The notes: generated by a model not told the origin, from the sequence alone. 64,000 nucleotides of DNA from Oscillospiraceae bacterium (GCA_902788995.1 CADAMO010000001.1:8746-72745), one strand, 5' to 3'. Counted from the stretch's first letter, positions 44,271 through 52,804 are shown. Numbers and translations: made by a program.

Positions 44271-45173
44271 TTACTGCTGAATGCCGCCGCCGGGCTGTCC
44301 ACCGCCCATGAGCGTCTGCAGCAGACCGGGGCGCTTCTGCTTTTTCGGCTTGTACTTCGGCGGATGCTCCAGACGGAGCTGGCTGGATTTGCTCTTGGCC
44401 AGCCGCTCGTTGGCCGCCAGCACCGGCTCCAGCATGGTATCCGTCAGATAGGGCATGATCTGCTGAATGATGTGGGGATCGTTTTTGATCTCGCCGAGAA
44501 TCGTCACGGCGATCAGGCTCTGCACCTCGTTGGTGCCGTCTTCATAGACCTCGCCCAGAATGTTGAAGACCTTCTTCATCTGCTGGGGATTGTTGCTGCG
44601 GATCACGTCCATGATATACCGGTTGGCGTGGTTCACGAAGAAATCCTCGCACAGAAACTCGCCGTAGGTGTTGATGTTTTCCTTGATATCGTCTTTCAGC
44701 GCGGGGAACATGCCGGCGAATTTGGTGGCCAGCGTAATGGGGTCATAGGCCATCGCGCCGCTTCTCGCCGCCGCCTTTGAGACGGTGGAGGGGGCCTTCA
44801 TCTTCGTGTTTACCTTTTTCTTGACGAGGTAGGTATCCGTCATGTATTCGGAGATCTCATTGACAAGGCTCTTCAGATCCTTCTCGCCGTATTCCTCCAG
44901 CACGAAGAGGTAGGTGGAATCAAGATTGAAGGCGGAATCGTCCGTCAGGTCAATGTCGTTGGCGCCGAAAAGCAGGTGGATCCTGTCCTTGTTGAACACG
45001 AAACGGGCTCTGCCCTTGTCGCTTTTGAAGTCGATCACGGACTGGCTTTCCCGCTCGTATACCGGGCTGCTTCCCTTGGGGGCGTCCGCTTTGCGTTCGG
45101 CGATAAAGCCGCAGCTCGTCATGGCGGGCTCGATCCCCGCGTAGAGCATCTCCATCATCTGTTGCTGTGTCAT
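44271..45173 (-). CDS. Hypothetical cytoplasmic protein
   Basis: 300-aa ORF with coherent composition and a basic Gly/Pro-rich tail. No family recognised. Confidence 0.65.
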   Translation of the reverse strand: MTQQQMMEMLYAGIEPAMTSCGFIAERKADAPKGSSPVYERESQSVIDFKSDKGRARFVFNKDRIHLLFGANDIDLTDDSAFNLDSTYLFVLEEYGEKDLKSLVNEISEYMTDTYLVKKKVNTKMKAPSTVSKAAARSGAMAYDPITLATKFAGMFPALKDDIKENINTYGEFLCEDFFVNHANRYIMDVIRSNNPQQMKKVFNILGEVYEDGTNEVQSLIAVTILGEIKNDPHIIQQIMPYLTDTMLEPVLAANERLAKSKSSQLRLEHPPKYKPKKQKRPGLLQTLMGGGQPGGGIQQ

Positions 45174-45219
45174 TTTTTGTCTCCTTTTTTTGAAGGGCGC
45201 GATCGGATTTCGCTGACCC

Positions 45220-45364
45220 GGTAGCGCGGCACCTCAGTGCCGCTATTTGCCAATGAAATATTGTTGAATTAGAAAATCAGAGGAAGCATCGTTTTACAGG
45301 ATGCTGTTTTTTTTGATCTGAAACAGTTGTTGTTGCATGAGCGGCACTGAGGTGCCGCGCTACC
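45220..45364 (+). repeat. REPIN-like doublet M2
   Basis: Perfect 24-nt inverted units at both ends. Interior holds a plus-strand terminator-like hairpin AGCATC/GATGCT plus T8 (45285-45314). AAACAGTTGTT lies 9 nt before the right unit. Ends 4 nt from the kinase stop. Confidence 0.9.
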
Positions 45365-45368
45365 GGAA

Positions 45369-46955
45369 TCAACCGTTCAGCGCCGCGAAGTTCTTTTTAT
45401 TGACCTTATACAGCTCCTTGAACACGGCGTACTGCCTGTCATAGACGGCCTTGTTGGCGGCGTTGGGGGTGTAGGTCTTCACCACGGGGATCAGCTTCTT
45501 GGCGTCCTTGAAGCCGTCGATCAGGCCCAGGCCTACTGCGATGGTGACGGCCGCGCCCACCGCGCCCACGTTCTGGGGTTTGTCAACGGTCTCCACCTTC
45601 TTGCCCAGCACGTCGCTGAGGATCTGGCAGGTGGCGTAAGAGAGCGCGCCGCCGCCCACAAAGCGGATCGTCTCGGAGGACTTGACCTTCTTGTCCTCCG
45701 CCTCCATGAACCAGCGCAGGTGATAGCACACGCCCTCGATGACGGCGCGGATCATGTCGCTCTTGCCCGTCTCCAGCGACAGGTTGAAGAAAATGCCTCT
45801 GGCGTTGGGGTCCTCAAAGGGACAGCGGTTGCCGTGGAGCCACGGGGTGAAGATCACGCCGTTGGAACCGGCGGGCACCTTGTCGATGATCTCCGTCATA
45901 TAGTCGTAAAGGCTGGTGTATTCGGTCTCAAAGCTGGCGGCCACGTCCTCTTTCTTGAGGTAGATGTTGATTTCGTCCAGCGCCAGGTGGTCCTTGACCC
46001 ACTCCAGGCACTTGCCGGCGGTTTCCAGCTCGCCGAAGTAGTTGAATTTGCCCTGATCCGCGCCGACTACCGCGGCGATCATGGCGGAAGCGTCCACGAT
46101 GCTCTTTTCCACCACCGTGGAGACCCAGCCGGAGGTGCCGCAGTAGATGTGGGTGTCGCCGGGCGCTACCGCGCCGGCGCCCACGCCGATCAGCGAAGCG
46201 TCGCCGCCGCCGCCGAATACGGCGGTGCCGACCTTCAGGCCCAACTCCTTTGCCTGGGCTTCCCGCAGGCCGCCCACCACGTCGGTGGATCTCACCAGCT
46301 CCGGCATGTGGGCCGGGTTCACGCCCAGCGTTTTGCACAGGCTTTCGGACCAGCAGTCGTGCTTCAGGTCGTACAGCAGCGCGCCGAAGGCGGAATCCCG
46401 CGTCATCACGCAGCGGCCGGTCATGCGGGCGATCAGGTATTCCTTCACGTCCAGCCATTTATAGATCTTTTTGTAGTTTTCGGGTTCGTGGTTTTTGACC
46501 CAGTTGTATTTCCAGACCGGGTCCTTGACGGAGGCCGCCACCGCGCCGGTGATGGCCAGTGATTTCAGCAGGATCGGAACGCTGGCGCCCGCCACCTGAA
46601 TGCCGTGGGCGATGCCCTTTTTCAGCTCCTCCCGGGCCCGCTGATCCATATAGCTGAAGGCGCGGCGGATGGCGTTGCCCTCCTTGTCCACCAGCACAAG
46701 GCCCTGCATCTGCGAGCAGAAGGAGATGCCCTCGATCCGGTCGGGGGAGACGCCCGCGTCGGCGACGGCCTTCTTTGACGTGTCGCAGACGGCTTCCCAC
46801 CATTCGTCGGGGTCCTGCTCCGCGCCGCCGTCCGGGAAGACGTAGAGCGGATAGCCCTCGGAGGCGCTGCCCAGCAGCTTGATGGTATCCGAAATCTCAA
46901 ACACACAGGTCTTGACGCCCGTGGTGCCGATATCAAATGTGATGGCGTACTTCAT
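45369..46955 (-). CDS. FGGY family carbohydrate kinase (xylulokinase-like)
   Basis: YAITFDIGTTGVKT N-terminus and C-terminal FVGGGA.. motif. FGGY length. Confidence 0.88.
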   Translation of the reverse strand: MKYAITFDIGTTGVKTCVFEISDTIKLLGSASEGYPLYVFPDGGAEQDPDEWWEAVCDTSKKAVADAGVSPDRIEGISFCSQMQGLVLVDKEGNAIRRAFSYMDQRAREELKKGIAHGIQVAGASVPILLKSLAITGAVAASVKDPVWKYNWVKNHEPENYKKIYKWLDVKEYLIARMTGRCVMTRDSAFGALLYDLKHDCWSESLCKTLGVNPAHMPELVRSTDVVGGLREAQAKELGLKVGTAVFGGGGDASLIGVGAGAVAPGDTHIYCGTSGWVSTVVEKSIVDASAMIAAVVGADQGKFNYFGELETAGKCLEWVKDHLALDEINIYLKKEDVAASFETEYTSLYDYMTEIIDKVPAGSNGVIFTPWLHGNRCPFEDPNARGIFFNLSLETGKSDMIRAVIEGVCYHLRWFMEAEDKKVKSSETIRFVGGGALSYATCQILSDVLGKKVETVDKPQNVGAVGAAVTIAVGLGLIDGFKDAKKLIPVVKTYTPNAANKAVYDRQYAVFKELYKVNKKNFAALNG

Positions 46956-46976
46956 TTTCTTCTCCTTTTTTATGAT

Positions 46977-47131
46977 GGTAGCGCGGCACCTCAGTGCCGC
47001 TGACGATAGATGTAACTGCTATACAGGTTATCGTTTGGAACCGGCAGCTTTAAACTCACGGTCTGCCAGAGGGGGACAATGCGTAAAACAGATTGTTATT
47101 GCCAGAAGCGGCACTGAGGTGCCCCGCTACC
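46977..47131 (+). repeat. REPIN-like doublet M3
   Basis: Left unit perfect. Right unit GCGGCACTGAGGTGCCCCGCTACC (1 mismatch). AAACAGATTGTT lies 10 nt before the right unit. Ends 5 nt from the recR stop. Confidence 0.9.
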
Positions 47132-47136
47132 GGGGA

Positions 47137-47733
47137 TCAAAGCGCTTGCCGTCCCTGAATCGCCCGTGACAGCGTGACGGAATCCGCATATTGCAGATCG
47201 CTGCCCACCGGCAGCCCGTAGGCCAGCCTTGTCACCTTCACACCCAGGGGCTTTAACATCTTGGAGATATACATGGCGGTCAGTTCGCCCTCAACGTTGC
47301 TGCCCGTGGCCATGATGACCTCTTCCACGCCCCCTTCGTTGACGCGGGCCAGCAGCTCTTTCAGGGTGATATCCTCGGGGCCTACCTCGTCCAAGGGCGA
47401 AATCACCCCGTGCAGCACGTGGTAGACGCCGCCGTACTCCTTGGTGTTCTCAATGGCCATCAGGGATTCCACGTTTTCCACCACGCAGATCAGGCCGTGC
47501 TTGCGATTGACGTTTTTGCAGACGGGGCACAGCTCTTCGTCTGTCAGGTTGCAGCAGACGGGGCAGCGGTGGATCTTTTCCCCCGCCTCGCGGATGGTCT
47601 CCGCCAGCTCCTCCACCTCGTTCTTGGGCAGTTCCAGCACGTAGAAGGCGAGCCGCATGGCGGTCTTCGCCCCGATGCCGGGCATGCGGCGGAACTGCTC
47701 CGTCAGCTTTTCAAATGAAACGGCGCTGTCCAT
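47137..47733 (-). CDS. recR: Recombination protein RecR
   Basis: LPGIGxKTA-type helix-hairpin-helix (MPGIGAKTAMRLAF), C4 zinc finger CPVCCNLTDEELCPVCKN, Toprim region. Confidence 0.93.
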   Translation of the reverse strand: MDSAVSFEKLTEQFRRMPGIGAKTAMRLAFYVLELPKNEVEELAETIREAGEKIHRCPVCCNLTDEELCPVCKNVNRKHGLICVVENVESLMAIENTKEYGGVYHVLHGVISPLDEVGPEDITLKELLARVNEGGVEEVIMATGSNVEGELTAMYISKMLKPLGVKVTRLAYGLPVGSDLQYADSVTLSRAIQGRQAL

Positions 47734-47736
47734 AAA

Positions 47737-48081
47737 TCAAAGGCCCAGCCCGCCGAGCCCGGGGATATTGAGACCGCCCGTCAGGCCGTTCATTCTGGTC
47801 TCCATGGTGTCGTTGGCCTTGCGGATGGCTTCGTTGAGGGAGGCGATCAGCAGGTCTTCCAGCATCTCCACGTCCTCGGGGTCCACCACTTCGGGCTGGA
47901 TTTTGATCGCTTTCACCTCGTGCTTGCCGGTGACGGTCACTTCCACCGCGCCGCCGCCGGAGCTGGCGGAAAACTCGGTGTTTTCCACTTCCTCCTGCAC
48001 GTTGCTCATCTCTTCCTGCATCTTCTGGATCTTCTGCATCATGTCGTTGCGGGAGGGCTGGTTGGGGATTCTTGCTTTCAT
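47737..48081 (-). CDS. ybaB: Nucleoid-associated protein YbaB/EbfC
   Basis: MQKIQKMQEEM..GGGAVEVTVTGKHEV..I.PEVVDPEDVEMLEDL, in dnaX-ybaB-recR synteny. Confidence 0.92.
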   Translation of the reverse strand: MKARIPNQPSRNDMMQKIQKMQEEMSNVQEEVENTEFSASSGGGAVEVTVTGKHEVKAIKIQPEVVDPEDVEMLEDLLIASLNEAIRKANDTMETRMNGLTGGLNIPGLGGLGL

Positions 48082-48096
48082 ATCGGTTACTTCCTT

Positions 48097-50109
48097 TTAC
48101 TCTACTTTGATATTGTATTTCCTGCCGAGCGTTTCCAGCGCGGCTTCACTGACGTATTTGGAGAGATAGGCGGGGTTGATAAAGGTCTTGATCTTGTTTT
48201 CCCCCAGCCGGATGAGGATGGTGTTGCCCGCGATGGAGGCGGTGGAATCCGTCAGCTGGCCGATCAGCGGGGCGAACCGCTTTTCCGTGCCGAGGATGAT
48301 CTGCATCCACGTGCGGCCGTCGATGGGCGTCGCCGTGGGCTCATCCGTCAGCACCTGCGTCTGCGGGGCGGCGGAGGGTCCGCCTGCCGCATCGAAGGGG
48401 AGCGGTACCGTGGCGTCCCCGGCCTGCGGGCTTCCGGCGTGTTCCTGCATAAAGGCGTCAAAGTCAAATCCGTCGTCCGGGGGGGGCGGCGGGTTGCTGC
48501 CGGCGGAGGACCCGCTTCCGGCGTGTTCGCTCATGAACGCGTCAAAATCAAAGGGCTCGTCGTCCGTCTCTTCCGTTCCGGCGGCGGCGAATCTGTCCGC
48601 AAAGCTGCCGGAGGAGGGGCGGTCAGCGGCGAAACCGGAGAAGGAGGGTCGCTGTTCACGGCTGTCGCGTTTTGGCGTCGGAACGGTCGCTTCCCCGAAA
48701 GGCTCGTCCGGCGGCGGCGCGTCGTCAAAGGGCGGTGCGTCGTCAAAGGGGGGCGCCTCGTCGAAGGGCGGTATATCGTCAAAGGGGGGCGCGTCGTCGG
48801 AAAAAAGCGGAATCGTCGCGTCGTTTTCGGAGAGTTCCGCCGGTGCGGCGACGGGGGCGGGGGCCGGCTTTGGCGGGGCGGCCTGCTGCCGCGGCGAGGG
48901 CGTTTCAACGGGCGTTTGAGCAACGGGCGTTTCGGCGGGGGAGAAGGCGACCGCGCCGCTTTTCAGCCGGGCGATCTCTTTTTCCAGCGCGGCCACCCTT
49001 GCGGTCAGCGCGGTGACGGAAACGTCGGTCTCCGGGCGGCACAGGCGGATCAGCGCCATTTCCGCCTCAATGCGGCGGTTCTGGGTGCGGCGGATGGCCT
49101 CCGACGCGGCGGCCAGCACGCCCAGCGCGTACAGCACGTATTCCTGGGTAAACGCTGCGGCGGAGGTTTTGATCCGCTCCAGCTCTTCGGCGGTGCAGAC
49201 GATCAGGTTCTCCGGGTGGGCCACCGTCTTCACGATCAGAAAACTGCGGAACCGGTCGATCAGCTCCACGCAGAGGCGCTCCGTATCGCAGGAGGCCTTG
49301 TGCAGCTCGTCTAAAATGGAAAGGCACCGGGCCGTGTCCTTGGCGGCGACGGCGTCCATCAGGTCGTAAATATATTCGCGGTTCATCAGACCCGCGGAGG
49401 AGGAGACCACGTCCACGGTCACGTCGTTTGCCACGGAAAGGCAGCGGTCCAGCAGCGAGAGCGCGTCCCGCATACCGCCGTCCGCAATGCGGGCGATCAG
49501 CACCGCCGCGTCGTAATCCAGCGACGCGTTTTCCGCCTTGGCGATCTCCACCAGCCGGTCCGCGATGCAGGCGGGCTCGATCCGGCGGAAGTCAAACCGC
49601 TGGCAGCGGGAGAGGATCGTGGAGGGGAGCTTGTGCACCTCGGTGGTGGCCAGAATGAACTTCACGTGCTCCGGCGGCTCTTCCAGCGTTTTCAGCAGCG
49701 CGTTGAAGGCCGCAATGGAGAGCATGTGGACTTCGTCGATGATATAGACCCGGTAGGTGGCCTGGGAGGGGGTGAAGTTGACCTCGTCCCGCAGCAGGCG
49801 GATATCGTCCACACCGTTGTTGCTGGCGGCGTCGATCTCCACGATATCCAGCACGGAGCCGTTGTCGATGCCGCGGCAGATCTCGCACTCGTTGCAGGGG
49901 TCGCCGTTCACCGGGTGCAGGCAGTTGACCGCCTTGGCGAATATTTTCGCGCAGGTGGTTTTGCCCGTCCCCCGCGAACCCGTGAACAGGTAGGCGTGGG
50001 CCAGGCGGTTTTCCCGGATCTGATAGGAGAGTGTCTTGGTGACCTGGGGCTGGCCGATCACGTCGGCAAACACCTGCGGCCGCCATTTACGGTAGAGGAC
50101 GCGGTACAA
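48097..50109 (-). CDS. dnaX: DNA polymerase III subunit gamma/tau
   Basis: TTG start. LYRKWRPQVF, GSRGTGKTT (Walker A), zinc module CLHPVNGDPCNECEICRGI. Long low-complexity linker with internal repeats. Confidence 0.93.
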   Translation of the reverse strand: MYRVLYRKWRPQVFADVIGQPQVTKTLSYQIRENRLAHAYLFTGSRGTGKTTCAKIFAKAVNCLHPVNGDPCNECEICRGIDNGSVLDIVEIDAASNNGVDDIRLLRDEVNFTPSQATYRVYIIDEVHMLSIAAFNALLKTLEEPPEHVKFILATTEVHKLPSTILSRCQRFDFRRIEPACIADRLVEIAKAENASLDYDAAVLIARIADGGMRDALSLLDRCLSVANDVTVDVVSSSAGLMNREYIYDLMDAVAAKDTARCLSILDELHKASCDTERLCVELIDRFRSFLIVKTVAHPENLIVCTAEELERIKTSAAAFTQEYVLYALGVLAAASEAIRRTQNRRIEAEMALIRLCRPETDVSVTALTARVAALEKEIARLKSGAVAFSPAETPVAQTPVETPSPRQQAAPPKPAPAPVAAPAELSENDATIPLFSDDAPPFDDIPPFDEAPPFDDAPPFDDAPPPDEPFGEATVPTPKRDSREQRPSFSGFAADRPSSGSFADRFAAAGTEETDDEPFDFDAFMSEHAGSGSSAGSNPPPPPDDGFDFDAFMQEHAGSPQAGDATVPLPFDAAGGPSAAPQTQVLTDEPTATPIDGRTWMQIILGTEKRFAPLIGQLTDSTASIAGNTILIRLGENKIKTFINPAYLSKYVSEAALETLGRKYNIKVE

Positions 50110-50148
50110 GGCGGGACAGTCCTTTCTGTGGGGAGGAAGTTTTTTCCT

Positions 50149-50183
50149 GAAAGTTGAAAGTTGAAAGATAAAAGTTGAAAGTC
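50149..50183. repeat. Solo heptad array I4
   Basis: GAAAGTT GAAAGTT GAAAGAT AAAAGTT GAAAGTC, 40 nt upstream of the dnaX start. No convincing complementary arm. Confidence 0.9.
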
Positions 50184-50247
50184 GGAAAAACGCTGCGCGT
50201 TTTTGATTTTATAAAGTGATGTGTTTCACTTTTATAAATAAAATTTT

Positions 50248-50374
50248 GCCTCTGTCACACGGCGTGCAGGCGGACTGTGTCGCACGGGCTGACCGCTTAA
50301 TGCTGCTCGGTTCCCCGCCTGACATGGTTCGCGGCGCTCCGTCGCACAGGACCAACACGCCGCATGACAGAAGC
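50248..50374 (-). ncRNA. ffs: Signal recognition particle RNA (core helix 5/8)
   Basis: The minus strand reads ..GUCAGGCGGGGAACCGAGCAGC.., matching the conserved domain IV GUCAGG..GGAA..AGCAGC. It is closed by a 19-bp helix GCUUCUGUCAUGCGGCGUG / CACGCCGUGUGACAGAGGC (with G-U pairs). It sits in the canonical position upstream of dnaX. Confidence 0.8.
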
Positions 50375-50403
50375 AAAATTCAAGTCTTTTTCACTTGGTA
50401 ATC

Positions 50404-50432
50404 ATTATACTACTTTTCCTGTGGTTTGGCAA
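50404..50432 (-). promoter_or_regulatory. Sigma-A promoter of the SRP RNA gene
   Basis: Minus strand TTGCCA (50432-27), 17-nt spacer, TATAAT (50409-04). Confidence 0.65.
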
Positions 50433-50592
50433 GTATTTTTTTAACCTTTATTTTATTTATTTTATTTTATTTTATCCCGGAGGATTGCGCGATTTGAATC
50501 AATACGTTGAAAAATGTCGAGACCCCGCAGCACGCAGCCTCAGCTGCGTTTTCAACGCAAGTGTTTCTTCGCGTATCACGCGCCTTGCGTCG

Positions 50593-50756
50593 TTACTGCT
50601 CCACCAATTAATACTTGAAGATTTCTGCTTGTCTAAACGCCGCAATACGGCGTCAGAAATCCTCGACAGGGGACAGCCTGTCTTGCGGTTTCTTCCTTGT
50701 CTTGCGACGTTTATCCGGCGCATAAATGATTCACGATTAAATTGGTGGAGCAGTAA
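50593..50756. repeat. 17-bp perfect inverted repeat enclosing about 130 nt of hairpin-rich sequence
   Basis: TTACTGCTCCACCAATT (50593-50609) / AATTGGTGGAGCAGTAA (50740-50756), extendable to 20 bp with one bulge. Confidence 0.8.
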
Positions 50757-50780
50757 ATCGGAACTGCGCTGTAACACTAT

Positions 50781-50817
50781 GAAAAAAGAAAAAAGCCGAA
50801 AGGCGAACCCTCGGCTT
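50781..50817 (-). terminator. rpmB intrinsic terminator
   Basis: Minus strand AAGCCGA-GGGUUCGCCUU-UCGGCUU followed by UUUUCUUUUUUC. Confidence 0.8.
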
Positions 50818-50841
50818 ATATTCTTCGTTCTGTTGATCGGA

Positions 50842-51030
50842 TCAGACCGCTCTGGTGACCTTACCGGAACGCAGGCAGCGTGTGCAGGCATAAACTCTGC
50901 AGGGGGAGCCGTTGACGATCGCCTTGACTCTCTTCACGTTGGGCTTCCAGGTTCTGTTGGATCTTCTGTGGGAATGGGAAACCTTGATACCGAACTTCAC
51001 GTCTTTTCCGCAAAAATCGCATTTTGCCAT
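50842..51030 (-). CDS. rpmB: 50S ribosomal protein L28
   Basis: MAKCDFCGKDVKFGIKVSHSHRRSNRTWKPNVKRV.. Confidence 0.93.
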   Translation of the reverse strand: MAKCDFCGKDVKFGIKVSHSHRRSNRTWKPNVKRVKAIVNGSPCRVYACTRCLRSGKVTRAV

Positions 51031-51078
51031 TTGGAGCGCACCTCCTTTGATTACTGGACTAATAAATCAGCAGAAAAC

Positions 51079-51107
51079 ATAATAACAGATTCCCGCCGTA
51101 ATTGCAA
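51079..51107 (-). promoter_or_regulatory. Sigma-A promoter of rpmB with A-rich UP-like tract
   Basis: Minus strand TTGCAA (51107-02), 17-nt spacer, TATTAT (51084-79). Preceded by an A-rich run (plus-strand T-runs 51111-51146). Confidence 0.65.
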
Positions 51108-51157
51108 GCTTTTTTTTGATTTTTTTGGTTTTTTTTCGTTTTTTCTGCGTTGCGCCC

Positions 51158-52396
51158 TCATGAAAGCCGGTGGATGAACAATCCGCTGAGCAGCTTCGGC
51201 TCAAACCACGTGGATTTCGGGGGCATGATCTCGCCCGCGTCCGCAATGGCCATCAGCTCGTCGAGGGAGGTGGGGTACATGGAAAAGGCGAGAACCATAT
51301 CCTCCCGGCAGCGCTTTTCCAGCTCTGAAAGGCCACGGATGCCGCCCACGAAGTCGATGCGCTTGTCCGTTCTCGGGTCACCGATGCCGAAGATCGGCTC
51401 GTTGACCAGCTTTTGCAGCAGGGAAACGTCAAGGCTGCCCACCGCGTCGGATTCGTCGGCAAGGCCCTCTTTGAGCGTCAGGGCGTACCACTGCTCTTTG
51501 TAGAACATACCGAAGGTGTGGCGGGCGGCGGGCTTCACCGGCTTATCGCTCTTTTCCATGGCGAACACTTCGCCCAGCCTGCCGAACAGCGCTTCGTCGG
51601 AAAGGCCGTTCGTGTCCTTCAGCAGGCGGTTGTAGTCGAGGATCTTCAGCTCGTCCGCGCGGAAGTACACCGCCAGAAAGAAGTTGAACTCCTCTTCCCC
51701 CGTATAGCCGGGGTTGGCCGCGCGGCGTTTCAGCGCCACCTTGACGGCGGAGGCCGCCCGGTGGTGGCCGTCGGCGATATAGAGGGATTCCACCGCCCGG
51801 AAACCGTCTGTCACGGCGGCGATGTCGGCCGCGTCGTCGATAACCCATACGGTGTTTTGCACGTTTCCTTCGCTGACGAAGTCGTACTCCGGCGCAAGGG
51901 CGGTCACTTTGTCGATCACCGCGTCAATGACGCCGCTGCGGCGATAGGCCAGAAAGATGGGGCCGGTGTTGGCGTCGCAGGTATCCACGTGGCGGATCCG
52001 GTCCTCCTCCTTGTCGGCACGGGTCAGCTCGTGGCGCTTGATAACGCCGTTCAGGTAGTCGTCCACGGAGGCGCAGCCCACGATGCCCGTCTGGCACACG
52101 CCGTTCCACTGCTGGCGGTAGATATACAGCTTCGGCACGTCCTCTGTTAAGCAGACGCCCTCGTCGGAGAGCTTTTGCAGGTTTTCCGCCGCCTTGGCGT
52201 AGACCGCGTCGGAGTAAAGATCGACGCCCTCCGGCAGATCGACCTCGGCCTTATCCACGTGGATGAAGGACAGGGGATTGCCTTGCACCTTGACCCGCGC
52301 CTCGGCGGAATTCATGACGTCGTAGGGCAGCGCCGCCACCTGCGCGGCGTATTCTTTTTTCGGGCGCACGGCCCGAAAAGCGCGAATGATAGACAT
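51158..52396 (-). CDS. DUF1015 domain protein
   Basis: MSIIRAFRAVRPKKEYAAQVAALPYDVM.. N-terminus and about 410 aa length typical of DUF1015. Confidence 0.8.
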   Translation of the reverse strand: MSIIRAFRAVRPKKEYAAQVAALPYDVMNSAEARVKVQGNPLSFIHVDKAEVDLPEGVDLYSDAVYAKAAENLQKLSDEGVCLTEDVPKLYIYRQQWNGVCQTGIVGCASVDDYLNGVIKRHELTRADKEEDRIRHVDTCDANTGPIFLAYRRSGVIDAVIDKVTALAPEYDFVSEGNVQNTVWVIDDAADIAAVTDGFRAVESLYIADGHHRAASAVKVALKRRAANPGYTGEEEFNFFLAVYFRADELKILDYNRLLKDTNGLSDEALFGRLGEVFAMEKSDKPVKPAARHTFGMFYKEQWYALTLKEGLADESDAVGSLDVSLLQKLVNEPIFGIGDPRTDKRIDFVGGIRGLSELEKRCREDMVLAFSMYPTSLDELMAIADAGEIMPPKSTWFEPKLLSGLFIHRLS

Positions 52397-52426
52397 GGGG
52401 TAAGTCTCCTTTTCGGTAAATGTTAA

Positions 52427-52460
52427 AATGCGGAATTCGGAATGAGGAATTCGGAATTAT
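52427..52460. repeat. Heptad array, left arm of cassette I5
   Basis: AATGCGG AATTCGG AATGAGG AATTCGG AATTAT. Contains the stop codon (52457-59) of the enclosed gene. Confidence 0.92.
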
Positions 52461-52804
52461 TTAGGTTGCGTTTTTGTGATAGAAGTCAATAATTTGATAA
52501 GCTCTTCGCAATTATAATACAGTGGTTCAAACGTTGATTTGTCAATGAAATCGCTTTCATACAGGAGTTCAAGCCAATAGGCAGTTTCATCTGCTTCTTT
52601 TAGTGCAATATTCATTTTTGAATAAAAGTCAGGTTTGCTTTGCCCTCTTTGCGCTTCACGGATATTTGCGCCGATGCTTGTGCCGCTTCGCAAAATCTGC
52701 TTTGATAATACGAATTCGTGTTCAACGCATAAATATCGGTATAAACGGATAATCTGAAGGGCAAACGCTTTGCTTTTATCTCTGACTGCATTATTGTAGA
52801 TCAT
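52457..52804 (-). CDS. Four-helix-bundle protein (23S rRNA intervening-sequence protein / Avd family)
   Basis: KSKAFALQIIRLYRYL..LSKQILRSGTSIGANIREAQRGQSKPDFYSKMNIALKEADETAYWLELL, the hallmark of this family. 21 G+C in the 60-nt line at 52501. Confidence 0.88.
   Translation of the reverse strand: MIYNNAVRDKSKAFALQIIRLYRYLCVEHEFVLSKQILRSGTSIGANIREAQRGQSKPDFYSKMNIALKEADETAYWLELLYESDFIDKSTFEPLYYNCEELIKLLTSITKTQPK

Noticed and set aside
50443-50476. The T-rich tract (TTTAT/TTTTAT units) as the missing partner arm of the 50149-50183 heptad array, enclosing the SRP RNA gene.
   Set aside because: - Its periodicity is 4-5 nt, not 7.
- It lacks the AA dinucleotides needed to pair with the TT of each GAAAGTT unit.
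- Complementarity is not better than expected for A/T-rich sequence.
50593-50609. tmRNA or tRNA 3' end, suggested by the CTCCACCA string.
   Set aside because: There is no acceptor/T-arm context (no GGTTCGAATCC-like T-loop) and no tag-peptide reading frame. The string is simply one arm of a 17-bp inverted repeat.
50395-51177. 260-aa plus-strand ORF and 130-aa minus-strand ORF (50499..50891) in the rpmB-ffs spacer.
   Set aside because: - They run across the rpmB coding region, its terminator and a promoter.
- Composition changes abruptly along them.
- They have no SD and no recognisable protein features.
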